Positions 34,471 to 44,432 of a DNA stretch of 46,626 nucleotides are shown here, in pieces (within the stretch, counting starts at the first letter, position 1; each line of letters starts with the position of its first letter). The notes beneath the pieces were generated by a model. The model was not told where the DNA came from and searched no databases. It saw only the letters and a list, made by a program, of their open reading frames with translations. The stretch covers positions 1 through 46,626 of the forward strand of contig BTVJ01000058.1 in assembly GCA_045863395.1 (NCBI GenBank), read 5' to 3'. Position numbers and translations under genes: made by a program. The stretch is from Myxococcales bacterium (GTDB lineage Bacteria; Myxococcota_A; UBA9042; JABWCM01; BTVJ01).

Positions 34471-35925
34471 ATGTCCCGCCTTCGCGCCCTCGCCCGCGAC
34501 ACCGCCATCTACGGCGTCTCGACCATCGTCGGGCGCCTGCTGACCTTCTTCCTTGTCCCGTTCTACACCAACGTGCTCGCGCCCGGCAGCTACGGCGTGG
34601 TCGCGACGGCCTTCAGCTACATCGCCTTCTTCGTGATCCTGTACGGCTGGGGCATGGAGTCGGCGTACTTCAAGTTCGCCTCCACCGGGGAGCTGGGCGA
34701 CGAGCGGGCGACCTTCGGGACCGCCCAGACGGCGCTCCTCGGCACGTCCGCGCTGTTCTCCCTGCTGCTCGTCGCCCTGGCAGAGCCTCTGGGTGTTCTG
34801 GGTGGTCTGGGCGAAGATGGCGCGACCATCGTCCGATTTTCTGCGGCTATTCTCTTCTTCGACAACCTCTCGCTGCTGCCCTTCGCCGTGCTCCGCCTGG
34901 CGCGGCGGGCAAAGCGGTTCGCGCTGCTGCGGCTGCTCGGCATCGTCCTCAACGTGGCGCTCAACGTCGTCCTGCTGGTCTGGCTGCGGCAGGGGGTGCT
35001 CGGCATCTTCATCGCCAACATCGCGTCGTCGGCGCTGGTGTTCCTGCTGCTCCTGCCCGAGTGGCGGGGGCGGTTCCGCTTCGCCATCGATCGGCCGGTC
35101 CTGCGCGCCATGGCGGCCTTCGCCCTGCCCTACATCCCCGCCGGGGCCGCGTCCATGGTGGTGCAGGTCATCGACAGGCCCATCCTGCTCGCGCTCATGG
35201 ACCAGGCCACCGTCGGCGTCTACCAGGCCTCCTACCGCCTCGGCATCTTCATGATGCTGGTGGTCAGCATGTTCGACTACGCGTGGCGGCCGTTCTTCCT
35301 CGCCCACGCCAAGGACCCGGACGCGCGCGAGCTCTTCGCCCGGGTCATGACCTGGTTCGTGGCGGCTGGCGGCTTCGTCGTCGTGGGAGTGTCGCTGCTG
35401 GTGCGGGATCTGGCGGCCATCGAGGTGTTCGGGCGGCGGCTGATCCACCCTGACTACTGGGGGGGCCTCGCCATCGTGCCCGTGGTGCTGCTCGGCTACC
35501 TGCTCAACGGCGTCTACGTGAACCTCATGGCGGGGGTCTACATCGAGAAGCGCACGGGGGTCCTGCCGTGGGTGACGGGCGCTGGCGCCCTGGCCAACAT
35601 CGTGGTCAACCTTGCGCTGATCCCGCCCATGGGCATGATGGGGGCCGCCGTGGCCACGCTGGTCGCCTACGCCGTCATGGCGGGGGGGCTGTGGCTCGTG
35701 GTGAGGCGCTTCTACCCGGTCGCCTACGAGTGGGGGCGGCTCCTGCGGGTCCTTGCGGCCATGGGCGTCGTGCTGGGGGTGTGGGTTGTCTGGCCCGACC
35801 CGCCCGACGGGGGCACTTGGCTGGGGATCCGCGTCGGGCTGATCCTGGCCTACCCCCTGGCCCTGGTGCTGCTCGGCGTGGTCGGGCGGGACGAGCTGGC
35901 GGCGCTCTCGCGCCTGCGGAGGTGA
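34471..35925 (+). CDS. Oligosaccharide flippase (Wzx / MOP superfamily)
   Basis: LARDTAIYGVSTIVGRLLTFFLVPFYT, IDRPIL, VGVYQASYRLG, NLALIPPMGMMGAAVATLVAY; about 12-14 TMs. Confidence 0.88.
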   Translation: MSRLRALARDTAIYGVSTIVGRLLTFFLVPFYTNVLAPGSYGVVATAFSYIAFFVILYGWGMESAYFKFASTGELGDERATFGTAQTALLGTSALFSLLLVALAEPLGVLGGLGEDGATIVRFSAAILFFDNLSLLPFAVLRLARRAKRFALLRLLGIVLNVALNVVLLVWLRQGVLGIFIANIASSALVFLLLLPEWRGRFRFAIDRPVLRAMAAFALPYIPAGAASMVVQVIDRPILLALMDQATVGVYQASYRLGIFMMLVVSMFDYAWRPFFLAHAKDPDARELFARVMTWFVAAGGFVVVGVSLLVRDLAAIEVFGRRLIHPDYWGGLAIVPVVLLGYLLNGVYVNLMAGVYIEKRTGVLPWVTGAGALANIVVNLALIPPMGMMGAAVATLVAYAVMAGGLWLVVRRFYPVAYEWGRLLRVLAAMGVVLGVWVVWPDPPDGGTWLGIRVGLILAYPLALVLLGVVGRDELAALSRLRR

Positions 35926-35927
35926 CG

Positions 35928-37067
35928 GTGACGACCGGCGTGGCGCTCCTCAACTTCGGTGGGCCGCGGACCGCGGCGGAGGTGGAGCCCTTCCTTTACA
36001 ACCTGTTCGCGGACCGGGACGTGATCCAGCTTCCGGTCGGTCGGCGCATCCAGGAGCGCATCGCCCGCCGCGTGGCGCGGCGCCGGGCCCCCGAGGTCAC
36101 CCACCAGTACGAGGCCATCGGCTACTCGCCGCTGGTGCCCGTCAGCCTGCGCCAGGCGGACGCGCTGCGGGCGGCGCTGCGGGAGCGCGGTCTGTTGGGG
36201 CCCCTCGCCGTCGGGATGCGCTACACCGCCCCGTGGACGCGGGACGCCGTCGGGGAGCTGCGGGCGGCCGGGGTCGACTCCATCGTCGCCCTCGCGCTCT
36301 ACCCTCACTACTCCATCGCGACCACCGGGTCCTCCTTCAACGACCTGACCCGCTGCCTGGTGGCCGCCGGCATGGGGGACGTGCCCGTGCATCACGTCCC
36401 CGCCTGGTTCCACCACCCGGGGTATCTGTCGGCGATGGCTGCGCGCATCCGGGCGGGGGTCGAGGCGCTCGGGGGCGACGTCCACCTGCTGTTCTCTGCG
36501 CACGGGCTGCCCTCGTCCTATGTGCGCAAGGGGGACCCCTACCAGGCGCAGGTGCAGGAGACGGTGCGGTCGGTCCTGCGGGAGCTGCGGTGGGGTGGGG
36601 GCGCGTCCCTGGCGTGGCAGAGCCGGGTGGGGCCCGTGCGCTGGCTCGCGCCGTCCACGGAGGGCGCGCTCGTGGCGCTGGGGGGCGCGGGGGTGACGAC
36701 CCTGCTGGTGGTGCCCGTGAGCTTCGTCGGCGACCACATCGAGACCCTGTACGAGATCGACGTGACCTACCGGGAGGTGGCCCGGGCGGCGGGCATCACG
36801 CGCTTCGCCCTCATGCCGCCGCTCGACGACCACCCGGACCTCGTCGCGTGTCTCGCCGACCAGGTTCAAGGGACCCTGCGGGGGGAGCGGGTGTGCGTCC
36901 GCTGCGCGCTTCCGCGGGAGGACGCCTGGCACTACGCGCGGCGCTGCCCCGACTGCCACTTCAGGAAGCCCCTCTTCGTGGTCCACGAGCAGGAGCGGCG
37001 TGAGCGCGCCCTGCTCGCGCGCGCCACAGTCCCCGGCGGACCGGGCCGCTCCGGGCCGTCCGCTTGA
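35928..37067 (+). CDS. hemH: Ferrochelatase with C-terminal Cys-rich extension
   Basis: GVALLNFGGP, FLYNLFAD, YEAIGYSPL, GMRY, LYPHYSIATTGSS, LLFSAHGLP, GDPYQ, WQSRVGPVRWL, FVGDHIETLYEID. Start at 35928 or 35922. Confidence 0.95.
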   Translation: MTTGVALLNFGGPRTAAEVEPFLYNLFADRDVIQLPVGRRIQERIARRVARRRAPEVTHQYEAIGYSPLVPVSLRQADALRAALRERGLLGPLAVGMRYTAPWTRDAVGELRAAGVDSIVALALYPHYSIATTGSSFNDLTRCLVAAGMGDVPVHHVPAWFHHPGYLSAMAARIRAGVEALGGDVHLLFSAHGLPSSYVRKGDPYQAQVQETVRSVLRELRWGGGASLAWQSRVGPVRWLAPSTEGALVALGGAGVTTLLVVPVSFVGDHIETLYEIDVTYREVARAAGITRFALMPPLDDHPDLVACLADQVQGTLRGERVCVRCALPREDAWHYARRCPDCHFRKPLFVVHEQERRERALLARATVPGGPGRSGPSA

Positions 37068-37093
37068 CCGCTTGCGCGCGCTCTTGCTAGCGT
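37064..37093 (+). promoter_or_regulatory. Putative sigma70 promoter for the RdgC-like pair
   Basis: TTGACC-N18-TAGCGT with extended -10 TG; AGGAG before ATG 37123. Confidence 0.45.
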
Positions 37094-37122
37094 CGCCCCC
37101 AGCAACGAACTCAGGAGACTCG

Positions 37123-37758
37123 ATGGGAGTGTACTCGGGCCCGATCACGTTTCGCCGCTTCCAGGTCATCGGCGACCTGCCCGACGGCTTCCGCGACCAG
37201 TACCTGGACGCCATCGCGCGCCGCGCCCACCGCGAGATCGACCCCGCGTCCGAGGACGAGCGCTCCTGGGGTTGGGTGTGCGTCGGCGACATCCTCGACC
37301 TGGACTTCATCCACGACAAGCTGCTCGTCGGTGACTACTACCTGCTCCAGCTCCGCGTCGACACGCTGAAGATCCCGCCCACCGCGCTCAAGATCCACCT
37401 CCAGCACGCGGAGAAGGAGTTCAGGAAGGCGCTCGGGCGCGAGAAGCTCAGCAAGGCCGACAAGGAGGACGTGCGGGACCGGGTGGTCAAGGCGCTGCGA
37501 AAGCGCGTGCTGCCGGGGGTCAAGGGCTTCGACGTGGCCTGGAACATCAAGACGGGCGTCGTCCGGCTGTGGACCCACGACAAGACGGTCGGGGACCTCT
37601 TCCAGGAGCTGTTCGTCGACACCTTCGGGCTGCGCATCGTAGCCCGCACGGCGTTCACCGCGCTGGAGTGGCTCGACGTGCCCGCCGGGTCGCAGGACGA
37701 GGCGCTCAAGCAGCCCGAGGCGGACTTCGTGGGCATCACGGAGCGGCGCGCCGCATAA
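37123..37758 (+). CDS. Recombination-associated protein RdgC-like, N-terminal half
   Basis: MGVYSGPITFRRFQV, ERSWGWV, LRVDTLKIP, LRKRVLP, FQELFVDTFGL; pattern of deltaproteobacterial RdgC-like proteins. Confidence 0.75.
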   Translation: MGVYSGPITFRRFQVIGDLPDGFRDQYLDAIARRAHREIDPASEDERSWGWVCVGDILDLDFIHDKLLVGDYYLLQLRVDTLKIPPTALKIHLQHAEKEFRKALGREKLSKADKEDVRDRVVKALRKRVLPGVKGFDVAWNIKTGVVRLWTHDKTVGDLFQELFVDTFGLRIVARTAFTALEWLDVPAGSQDEALKQPEADFVGITERRAA

Positions 37759-37770
37759 GGAGGGGAGCCC

Positions 37771-38292
37771 ATGGATCTCATCGACAAGGTCAACCAGACC
37801 CGCTTCCTCGGAAAAGAGTTCCTCACGTGGCTGTGGTACCGCAGCGACCGCCAGGAGGGCCTGTTTCGCGTCGAGGGGCAGCCCGAGACCTTCGAGCTGT
37901 GGCTCGACGACAAGCTGGTCCTGGACACGGCCATCGAGAAGGTGAAGGAGGTCAGCTCCATCCGTGGGGAGAGCCCCACCGAGACCGCGGAGGCCAAGGC
38001 CGCCCTGTCCATGGGCAAGAAGGTGGCCGAGGCGCGCCTGCGCATCGTGCTGGACCAGCGGGAGTGGATGGTGACCGTGAAGGGCGAGGACCTGGCCCTG
38101 GCAGGAATCAAGGTGCCCGCGCTCCTGTCGCGGGAGGAGGATGAGAAGGTGCTCGAGCGGCTGGAGCTCGTCGAGGAGCTGGAGCTGCTGCTCGACCGGC
38201 TCTACTCCGACTTCGTGCGGCTGCGTCTGGAGAAGGACCGCTGGCGTGCCGAGGTGGCCGCCATGCGCGAGTGGGTGGACGACCGTCGGTGA
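37771..38292 (+). CDS. RdgC-like partner protein, C-terminal-half-like
   Basis: FLGKEFLTWLWYRS, EAKAALSMGKKV; GGAGG RBS; directly follows the RdgC-like gene. Confidence 0.7.
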   Translation: MDLIDKVNQTRFLGKEFLTWLWYRSDRQEGLFRVEGQPETFELWLDDKLVLDTAIEKVKEVSSIRGESPTETAEAKAALSMGKKVAEARLRIVLDQREWMVTVKGEDLALAGIKVPALLSREEDEKVLERLELVEELELLLDRLYSDFVRLRLEKDRWRAEVAAMREWVDDRR

Positions 38293-39725
38293 TGGGCTCC
38301 CAAGGCACCGCGACGCCGGGCTGGGGCAGCCGACCAGAGGATGACCTCGTGAGGCGCCCGCGCATCAGGGAGGAGGTGCTCCGCTGGGCCCGCCGCCACC
38401 TCGAGCACGAGGTGGACCCGGTGGAGGTTGCCGAGCATGTGCGCGCCCTGGTGAGGCGGCAGCCGGCCCTGGCGCTGCGGGTGCTCGAGGATCTGCGCCC
38501 CCTCCCCCACGAGCTGCGGCTGCGGGTGCTGTGGTCGGTCCTCGTCGTCGAGCGCATGTTCCTGGTGCAGTATGGCGACGTGGCGAACCCTGTGGGTGCG
38601 GCGGAGGTCCAGCCGGTTCGCGAGCGCCTCGACGCCGTGCTGTCGGACCTGGTCGGGGTCCACAGCCGGCTCCTCATCCGGCGCCCCGAGGTCCTCGGGA
38701 ACATCGGGCAGACCGCGGTCCTGGCGCTGATCCTGGAGTCTCTGCCACCCTTCGGGACCGTGGACGACGACGACTGGATGACGGCGTTCATGACGCTGGC
38801 GCTGGTCAGCGAGTCCCTGGACCTCTCGGTGGACGCGGGCCTCGATCAGCGGGATCTGCGCCGCGCCCTCTACGCCTCCATGAGCCCTCGGGAGCTGTTC
38901 TGCGAGCTCCAGACCTATGCGCGCTTCCCCCCCAAGGAGCTCCTCGCCCAGATGATGGGCCTCCCGCGCCCGCTCACCGGGATGCTCCTGCCTTGGGTGG
39001 AGGAGCTGGCGCTTCGGCCCTGGGCGGACGACCTGCCCGGGTGGGGGTGGGGCCCCGTCCACGCCCTGCGGCTCCTGTCCTTCTGGGAGGCGCCCGCCGC
39101 GCTGCCGCCGCTGATGGCGCTCTTCGAGGCCGCGACCGCGAGCGGGGCCCCCGTCGACGACCCCCGGGACCTGTGCGTGGAGGTGCTCGACGCCCTCACG
39201 CGGTACGGGGAGCAGGCGGTGGAGCCGGTGCTGGACGCGCTGCGGCTGGCCGGTCCGGGGCGCCCCTATCGGCGCCGCGAGGTGCTGCTGGTCACGGTGG
39301 CGACGAGCCTCGGCGTGCTCGACCCGCGCATCCGGAGCCTGCTGGCCGCCTGCCAGGACCGGGACCCCGTGTGGTGGGCCGAGCGGGTGGCGGTCTACGG
39401 CGACCCGACCCTGCTGCCCGTGCTGCGGGGCAGGCTGCGGGCTCCGCGGCGGCGCACGGGGGAGCTGCTGGATCCCGACGAGGTCGACGCCATCCGCGGC
39501 GCCATCGAGGCCCTGTCCACCCAGGAGGGCCCGCCCGCGCTGTGCCAGAGCGACATCCTGGCCTTCTACAACCGCAGGGTCCCGCCCGGGCCCGACGTGG
39601 ACCCGGTGGCGGACCCGCGGGTGCAGGTGCTGCTCGCCGAGGCCGGGCTGGAGGGGCGGCGCGCTGCGCCCAGTCGGGCGCACGTCCCCGAGCTGCGCCT
39701 GCTGCTGCCCGACGACGAGATCTGA
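38292..39725 (+). CDS. Hypothetical alpha-helical (HEAT-like) protein
   Basis: TGATG coupling to the previous gene; Leu/Arg-rich helical repeats (ALPPLMALF, AVEPVLDAL, LLPVLRGRL). Confidence 0.65.
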   Translation: MGSQGTATPGWGSRPEDDLVRRPRIREEVLRWARRHLEHEVDPVEVAEHVRALVRRQPALALRVLEDLRPLPHELRLRVLWSVLVVERMFLVQYGDVANPVGAAEVQPVRERLDAVLSDLVGVHSRLLIRRPEVLGNIGQTAVLALILESLPPFGTVDDDDWMTAFMTLALVSESLDLSVDAGLDQRDLRRALYASMSPRELFCELQTYARFPPKELLAQMMGLPRPLTGMLLPWVEELALRPWADDLPGWGWGPVHALRLLSFWEAPAALPPLMALFEAATASGAPVDDPRDLCVEVLDALTRYGEQAVEPVLDALRLAGPGRPYRRREVLLVTVATSLGVLDPRIRSLLAACQDRDPVWWAERVAVYGDPTLLPVLRGRLRAPRRRTGELLDPDEVDAIRGAIEALSTQEGPPALCQSDILAFYNRRVPPGPDVDPVADPRVQVLLAEAGLEGRRAAPSRAHVPELRLLLPDDEI

Positions 39726-39745
39726 GGCGCTCGCGAGGTCCCCCC

Positions 39746-40492
39746 ATGGAGCGCCGCGAATACGAGACCATGTTCCTGCACGAGGACGTGCACTGGTGGT
39801 TCGTCGGGACCCGGCGGGTGATCCTCGCGCTGGCGGAGCGGGAGCTGCGGGGCCGGGCGGCGCGGGTGCTGGACGTGGGCTGCGGTACGGGCGCGACCCT
39901 GGCGGCGCTGGCGCGGGTGGTGGGGGCGGAGGGAGACGTTCGCGGGGTGGAGCCGGACGCGGGTGCGTTGGAGTTCTGCGCAAGGCGGGGACTCAGCGGG
40001 GTGGTGCAGGGGCGAGCGGAGGCGTTGCCCTTCGACGACGGGTCCTTCGACCTGGTTCTGGCCCTGGACGTCATCGAGCACATCGAGGACGACGCGGCGG
40101 CGGTGCGGGAGCTGGCGCGGGTCACGCGGCCGGGCGGCGCGGTCCTGGTCACGGTGCCCGCCCACCCGCTGCTCTGGAGCCGCCACGACGAGGCGCTCCA
40201 CCATGTCCGGCGGTATCGGCGCGGCGAGCTGGTGCGGGTGCTGCGCGGGGCGGGGCTGCGCATCGAGACCCTGAGCTGGTACAACACTGCGCTCTTGCCG
40301 GTCGTCGCGGCGGTGCGGCTCGGGCAGCGTGCGATCGCCGGGCTCGGGGGGGCCAAGGGGGTGCCCCGCAGCGACGTGTCCCTGCCGCCGCGCCCCGTCA
40401 ACGCGGCGCTGGGGGCGCTGCTCGGGGCGGAGCGCCACCTGATCGGGCGGCTGCCTTTCGGCGTGTCGCTCATCGCCTTGGCGCGGCGGTGA
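39746..40492 (+). CDS. Class I SAM-dependent methyltransferase (type 11)
   Basis: EDVHWWFVG, VLDVGCGTG, LPFDDGSFDLVLALDVIEH, LWSRHDEALHHVRRY. Confidence 0.9.
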   Translation: MERREYETMFLHEDVHWWFVGTRRVILALAERELRGRAARVLDVGCGTGATLAALARVVGAEGDVRGVEPDAGALEFCARRGLSGVVQGRAEALPFDDGSFDLVLALDVIEHIEDDAAAVRELARVTRPGGAVLVTVPAHPLLWSRHDEALHHVRRYRRGELVRVLRGAGLRIETLSWYNTALLPVVAAVRLGQRAIAGLGGAKGVPRSDVSLPPRPVNAALGALLGAERHLIGRLPFGVSLIALARR

Positions 40493-40564
40493 GGCGGGGG
40501 CGTGGAGGGCCTGGCGTGATTGACTGCGCGCGCACCACAGGGGGACAAGGTCGGGAGGATACTG

Positions 40565-43500
40565 ATGAAACCACGGGTGCTGGCGGGGGTGATGACGGTG
40601 CTCTCGGCCTGTGCGGCCCCTGGTTAGTCCGGCGTCGCCCACGCCGGAGGTGAGGATGTCGCGGGACTCGTCGACATTGCGGGGACCGACGCGCCCGACG
40701 GCAGCCCCCGCCTCGACCCAGGCGCTGATGCTGGCGCCGACGCCGTTGCCGCCGGCGCCGGCGACGGTGCCGCGGATGCCACCGCAGACCTTGCCGATGC
40801 CGAGACCTCGCCCACTGACGCCGGCGGTGCGGGGCCCGATGCCCTGGCGGACGCGAGCGCTGACGCCGCCGGAGACTGCCCCCAAGGTGGTGAGCAGCTC
40901 CCACCGCCCTTCGTGACACCGCGCCTCCCAGAGGCAGGCGGGGTCCACGTGGCCTGGGCGTCGCCCCCCTGGGACTGCGTGAGCGCGTGGACCCTCGAGG
41001 CCAGCGGCGCCGGCTCGGCGGGGCCGTGGGAGGTCGTGGCACAGGTCGCGCCCACGGACGCCACCCAGGGGACGGACGGCAGCCTGCGGTTCGACGTAGA
41101 CCCCACCCCGGGGTCCACCGTGCAGCTCTTTCGGCTCCAGGCCACGACGCCCGCGGGCACGCTGACGTCACCCCTGGGTGGTATCTCCCTGGCCGGCGAG
41201 CCCGACAGCCCGGTGTTCGACGTGCAGGGGCTGCGCCTCGCCCGAGCGAGGGACCTCATGGAGGCCGGGCTGCCCGTGGAGGAGGTCCTCGACGCCTTCC
41301 GGCTGACCCGCTCCATGCTGGTGACGCCACAGGTGGGCGAGGCCGAGTCCGTGGCCGTGGCTCTCGTCTCGGCGGGCCTGACCGACGTCCGGGTGGAGAG
41401 CGACACCCTGGTGGTCGGGCGCCTGACGCTTCAGGGCTACCCGGACCAGCTCGCGGCGGTCGGTGCGCTGCCCGGCGTCGCATCGGCGGACGTCGAGGTG
41501 GACCCGGCCCCCTCGGCCCCCGGCTCCACCGGAGATCCCCAGGGGTGTAAGGCGCTGCTCGGCGCCATCGGCCTCGGGGAGCACGACCCTACCGGGCTCG
41601 ACTACGAGGCGCCCCCGGTCGTGAGCCTCCAGGCGGTCGTCCTCGACCACAATACCGGGGGGCACGGCCCAGCCGTCGGTGCGGTGCTCCAGTGCGCGGC
41701 GACTCTGGGCGGTGCCCTGGGGGCGCCCATCGTCCCGCTCGTCCCGGCCTCCCCCCGCACCGGGCTGCTCGACGCCTTCCTGTCGGTCGCCTCCCAGAGC
41801 TTCGACATCCTCCAGGTGTCCATCTCGGGGCTGCCCGACCCGTGCTGGAGTGACGTGGCGGTCGCGGCGGCCATCAAGGACCGCCTCGTCGTCGCCGCCG
41901 CAGGCAACTTCGGCTACTCGTCCTACTTCGCCAACCTGAACCTGAAGGAGGACGACGCCACCGACTGCCCGAACCCGCCCTGCAACCACCGCCATCTGTT
42001 CGGCGTCGCGGGCCAGAGCCCCTACAGGCTGGTGGTGGAGGCCCCCGGCGCGACGATTCCCCCAACGGCGCTCTTCGTCGCCTGGGCGCCAGTGGACGGC
42101 CTCACCCTCGAGCTGTGGGTGTTCGACGCCGCCGGGGAGCTGCTGGCTCCACCGGAGAGCGGGGACGGCGGTCGGCTCCATTTCTCCCTCGGCCCGAAGG
42201 CGCCGCCGCTCGCCGACGGGACCTACCAGATCGAGGTGCGCTGGAAGAAGTCACCAGGTGCGGTGGCGGCGCCGACGACCCCATCCTGGTCGGCACCCCG
42301 TTGTCGAGTCACCTCTTCATCCCGACCACCTCGTCCCATGGCGTCTGGGGACTCGCCGCGCGTTCGGACGTCGTGACAGTCGGAGCCACGTGCCTCCAGG
42401 GCGCGGGCGGCGAGCCCTGCCCGGTGGGGGCCGACCCGGGCTCCGAGCAGGTCGCGCAGCTCTACTCCAGCCGGGGCCCCGGGGTGATCTCCATGCCCCA
42501 GGCCTTCACCGCCAAGCCGGACCTGGTGGCGCCGACGGGGCTCGCGTCGGAGGGCGGCACGTCCTTCGCGGCGCCCGCGGTCTCGGGCACGGCGGTGCTC
42601 CTGGCGGCGCGCCTCCTCGCCGGCTCCCGCGCAGCGATGAGCCCCGGGGAGCGGGCGGAGACACTCCGCGACGCGCCGCTCTCCTTCCGCGATCCGGACC
42701 TCGACCCCACGTGCTCCGTCTGCCTGGGGCACCCGCACGAGTCGGTGTATGGTGGGGGCACGCTGAGGGTCCCACCGTTCCGGTACACCCTGACCCCCAT
42801 GGTCTCGGACAGCCCGTCGAGCGACGCGGAGGGCTGGACCGCGCTCTTCGGGACCAACGCGTCCAAATGGACTCGCTCCTACCACGCGAAGGAGGAGGGC
42901 GCCCGCGAGGAGCGCCCCCACCCGTGCGAGTCTCCTGCGATGACCGACCACTACGAGTGGACGCCGGTGGCCGAGCCGGCGCTCCACCTGTGGCTCCATG
43001 CGCGCCCCGTCTCCGAGCCGGGGCCGCCGAAGCTGAGCTCGCTCGACGCCAAGACCCTGAGTGACGTGCATGTCGTGGACGCGCGCCTCTTCGGCTCCCG
43101 CACCTGGGAGGGGACGGCCGACGGCGCCGAGGCCACGCTCCTGTGCGGGGAGTACAAGGTGGAGGTGTCGGGGAAGCCCGCGGGTGGACTTCCCGAGGCG
43201 TGCGGCGCGGGCGTGTCCACACCGGTCCCGCCACTGAAGGAGTGGGCGGCGACCCCTTGGGCGCACTTCGAGGGCGCCATCGAGCGGGTCGGCGAGCTCA
43301 AGAAGGGCGCGGGCGCCATCGGCTGGACGGTCTCCGCGCCGGCGGACCCCGTGTACGGTCCGGTGCTGCACGCCGCGCTCGCGCCGCAGGCCGCCGGCGT
43401 AGTCTCCAGCACCGTGGGGCCCTACGTGCCCATCGGCGCCACCTTTGAACCCGTGGTCTACGCGGAGGTCGTGCCGACCCCGTGGCAGGAGGCTGCCGTG

Positions 43501-43683
43501 GTCCTCATGGGACCGGGCCAGGTCCCGGCAGCGCCGAACGCCGATTGCCACGGGATGCATCCAGGTGACTACCCCGGGGAGCAGCAACGGACGCCGGGGC
43601 TGACCATGCGCGGCTCCGCCAAAGGCGCCGAGCACCACGTCTCCGTGTGCGTCCCATCGAGCTGCGGCACCGAGTGCGACTGA
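40565..43683 (+). pseudogene. Interrupted S8 (subtilisin-like) serine peptidase lipoprotein: in-frame TAG at 40625 and a frameshift near 42250-42270
   Basis: GGAGG + ATG 40565 gives MKPRVLAGVMTVLSACAAPG*, in frame with ORF 40913-42376 carrying VVLD..GHG and VVAAAGN. The catalytic Ser region (KPDLVAP..GTSFAAPAVSG) is in another frame (ORF 42115-43683). Confidence 0.7.
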
Positions 43684-43701
43684 CGCCCCCGCGGGGCTGC
43701 G

Positions 43702-44256
43702 TCAGGGCTCCGTGCCCGGCGTGTGCCGGAGCAGCGTCAGCTTCGTGGCCTGGGCGCCGCCCACCCGGACGAGCATCAGGACCGGGGGGCCGGGCAGGGC
43801 GCGGGCAAACCACGCCTCGGTGACCGCCTCGACGCCGTTGGACGACTCGCTCACCGTGTAGTGCATGGCGTCGAAGCGCCCAGCGGGCACGTCGATCATG
43901 GCGTCGGCGAGGGTGGTGGCGTCGCGCGGGTACTCCGCGTGCGCGACCAGCTCGGCCCACGTCGCCGTGCTCGTCGCCGCCTCGCCGAGGGGCTCCCCGG
44001 TGGTGGCGTCGGCCACGGTCCTGGTCAGCGCGACCGTGTCGTCCCCGACGGCGCTCATCTCCATGCGCATGTGCATGGCGGGCTTGTCGGCCTCCTCCAG
44101 CAAGAACAGCCAAGCGCGGCCATCTGCCGAAGCGCCGCGGATCTGCGCCGCGGTGAACGGCGTTGGGGCGTGGGTGGGCGTGGGGGGCGGCGGTGTGGGC
44201 GGCGTGTGGGCGCAGGCGAACAGCGCGAAGACTGCCAGTGGGAGCAGGGACCTCAT
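43702..44256 (-). CDS. Small lipoprotein of unknown function
   Basis: MRSLLPLAVFALFAC lipobox; DVPAGRFDA..WFARALPGPPV beta-rich motif. Confidence 0.75.
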   Translation of the reverse strand: MRSLLPLAVFALFACAHTPPTPPPPTPTHAPTPFTAAQIRGASADGRAWLFLLEEADKPAMHMRMEMSAVGDDTVALTRTVADATTGEPLGEAATSTATWAELVAHAEYPRDATTLADAMIDVPAGRFDAMHYTVSESSNGVEAVTEAWFARALPGPPVLMLVRVGGAQATKLTLLRHTPGTEP

Positions 44257-44432
44257 GGGCGGGAGGTGTAGCACTCGGGGGCCTCTCGGCGCAAACCAGC
44301 GGCGACTGCATGTGAGGTCAGCAGACCGTGTCAGATCCTGCCGGTGCCGTCTCTAAGGAGAGTGCGGGTGGCGCTCGGTCGAGCGCAGCCCCATCCACTC
44401 CAGGTCGCTCGGCGACTCAGAAGGAGACTCCC

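Noticed and set aside
32155..35448. 1097-aa minus-strand ORF and similar long antisense ORFs (17757-20798, 28256-30970, 25485-27632)
   Set aside because: Shadow or alternate frames of well-supported genes; no recognisable domains.
44286..44360. c-di-GMP-I riboswitch suggested by GCAAACC and CTAAGG
   Set aside because: Lacks the GNRA-capped P2 stem and the GACGCAAAG junction of the consensus.
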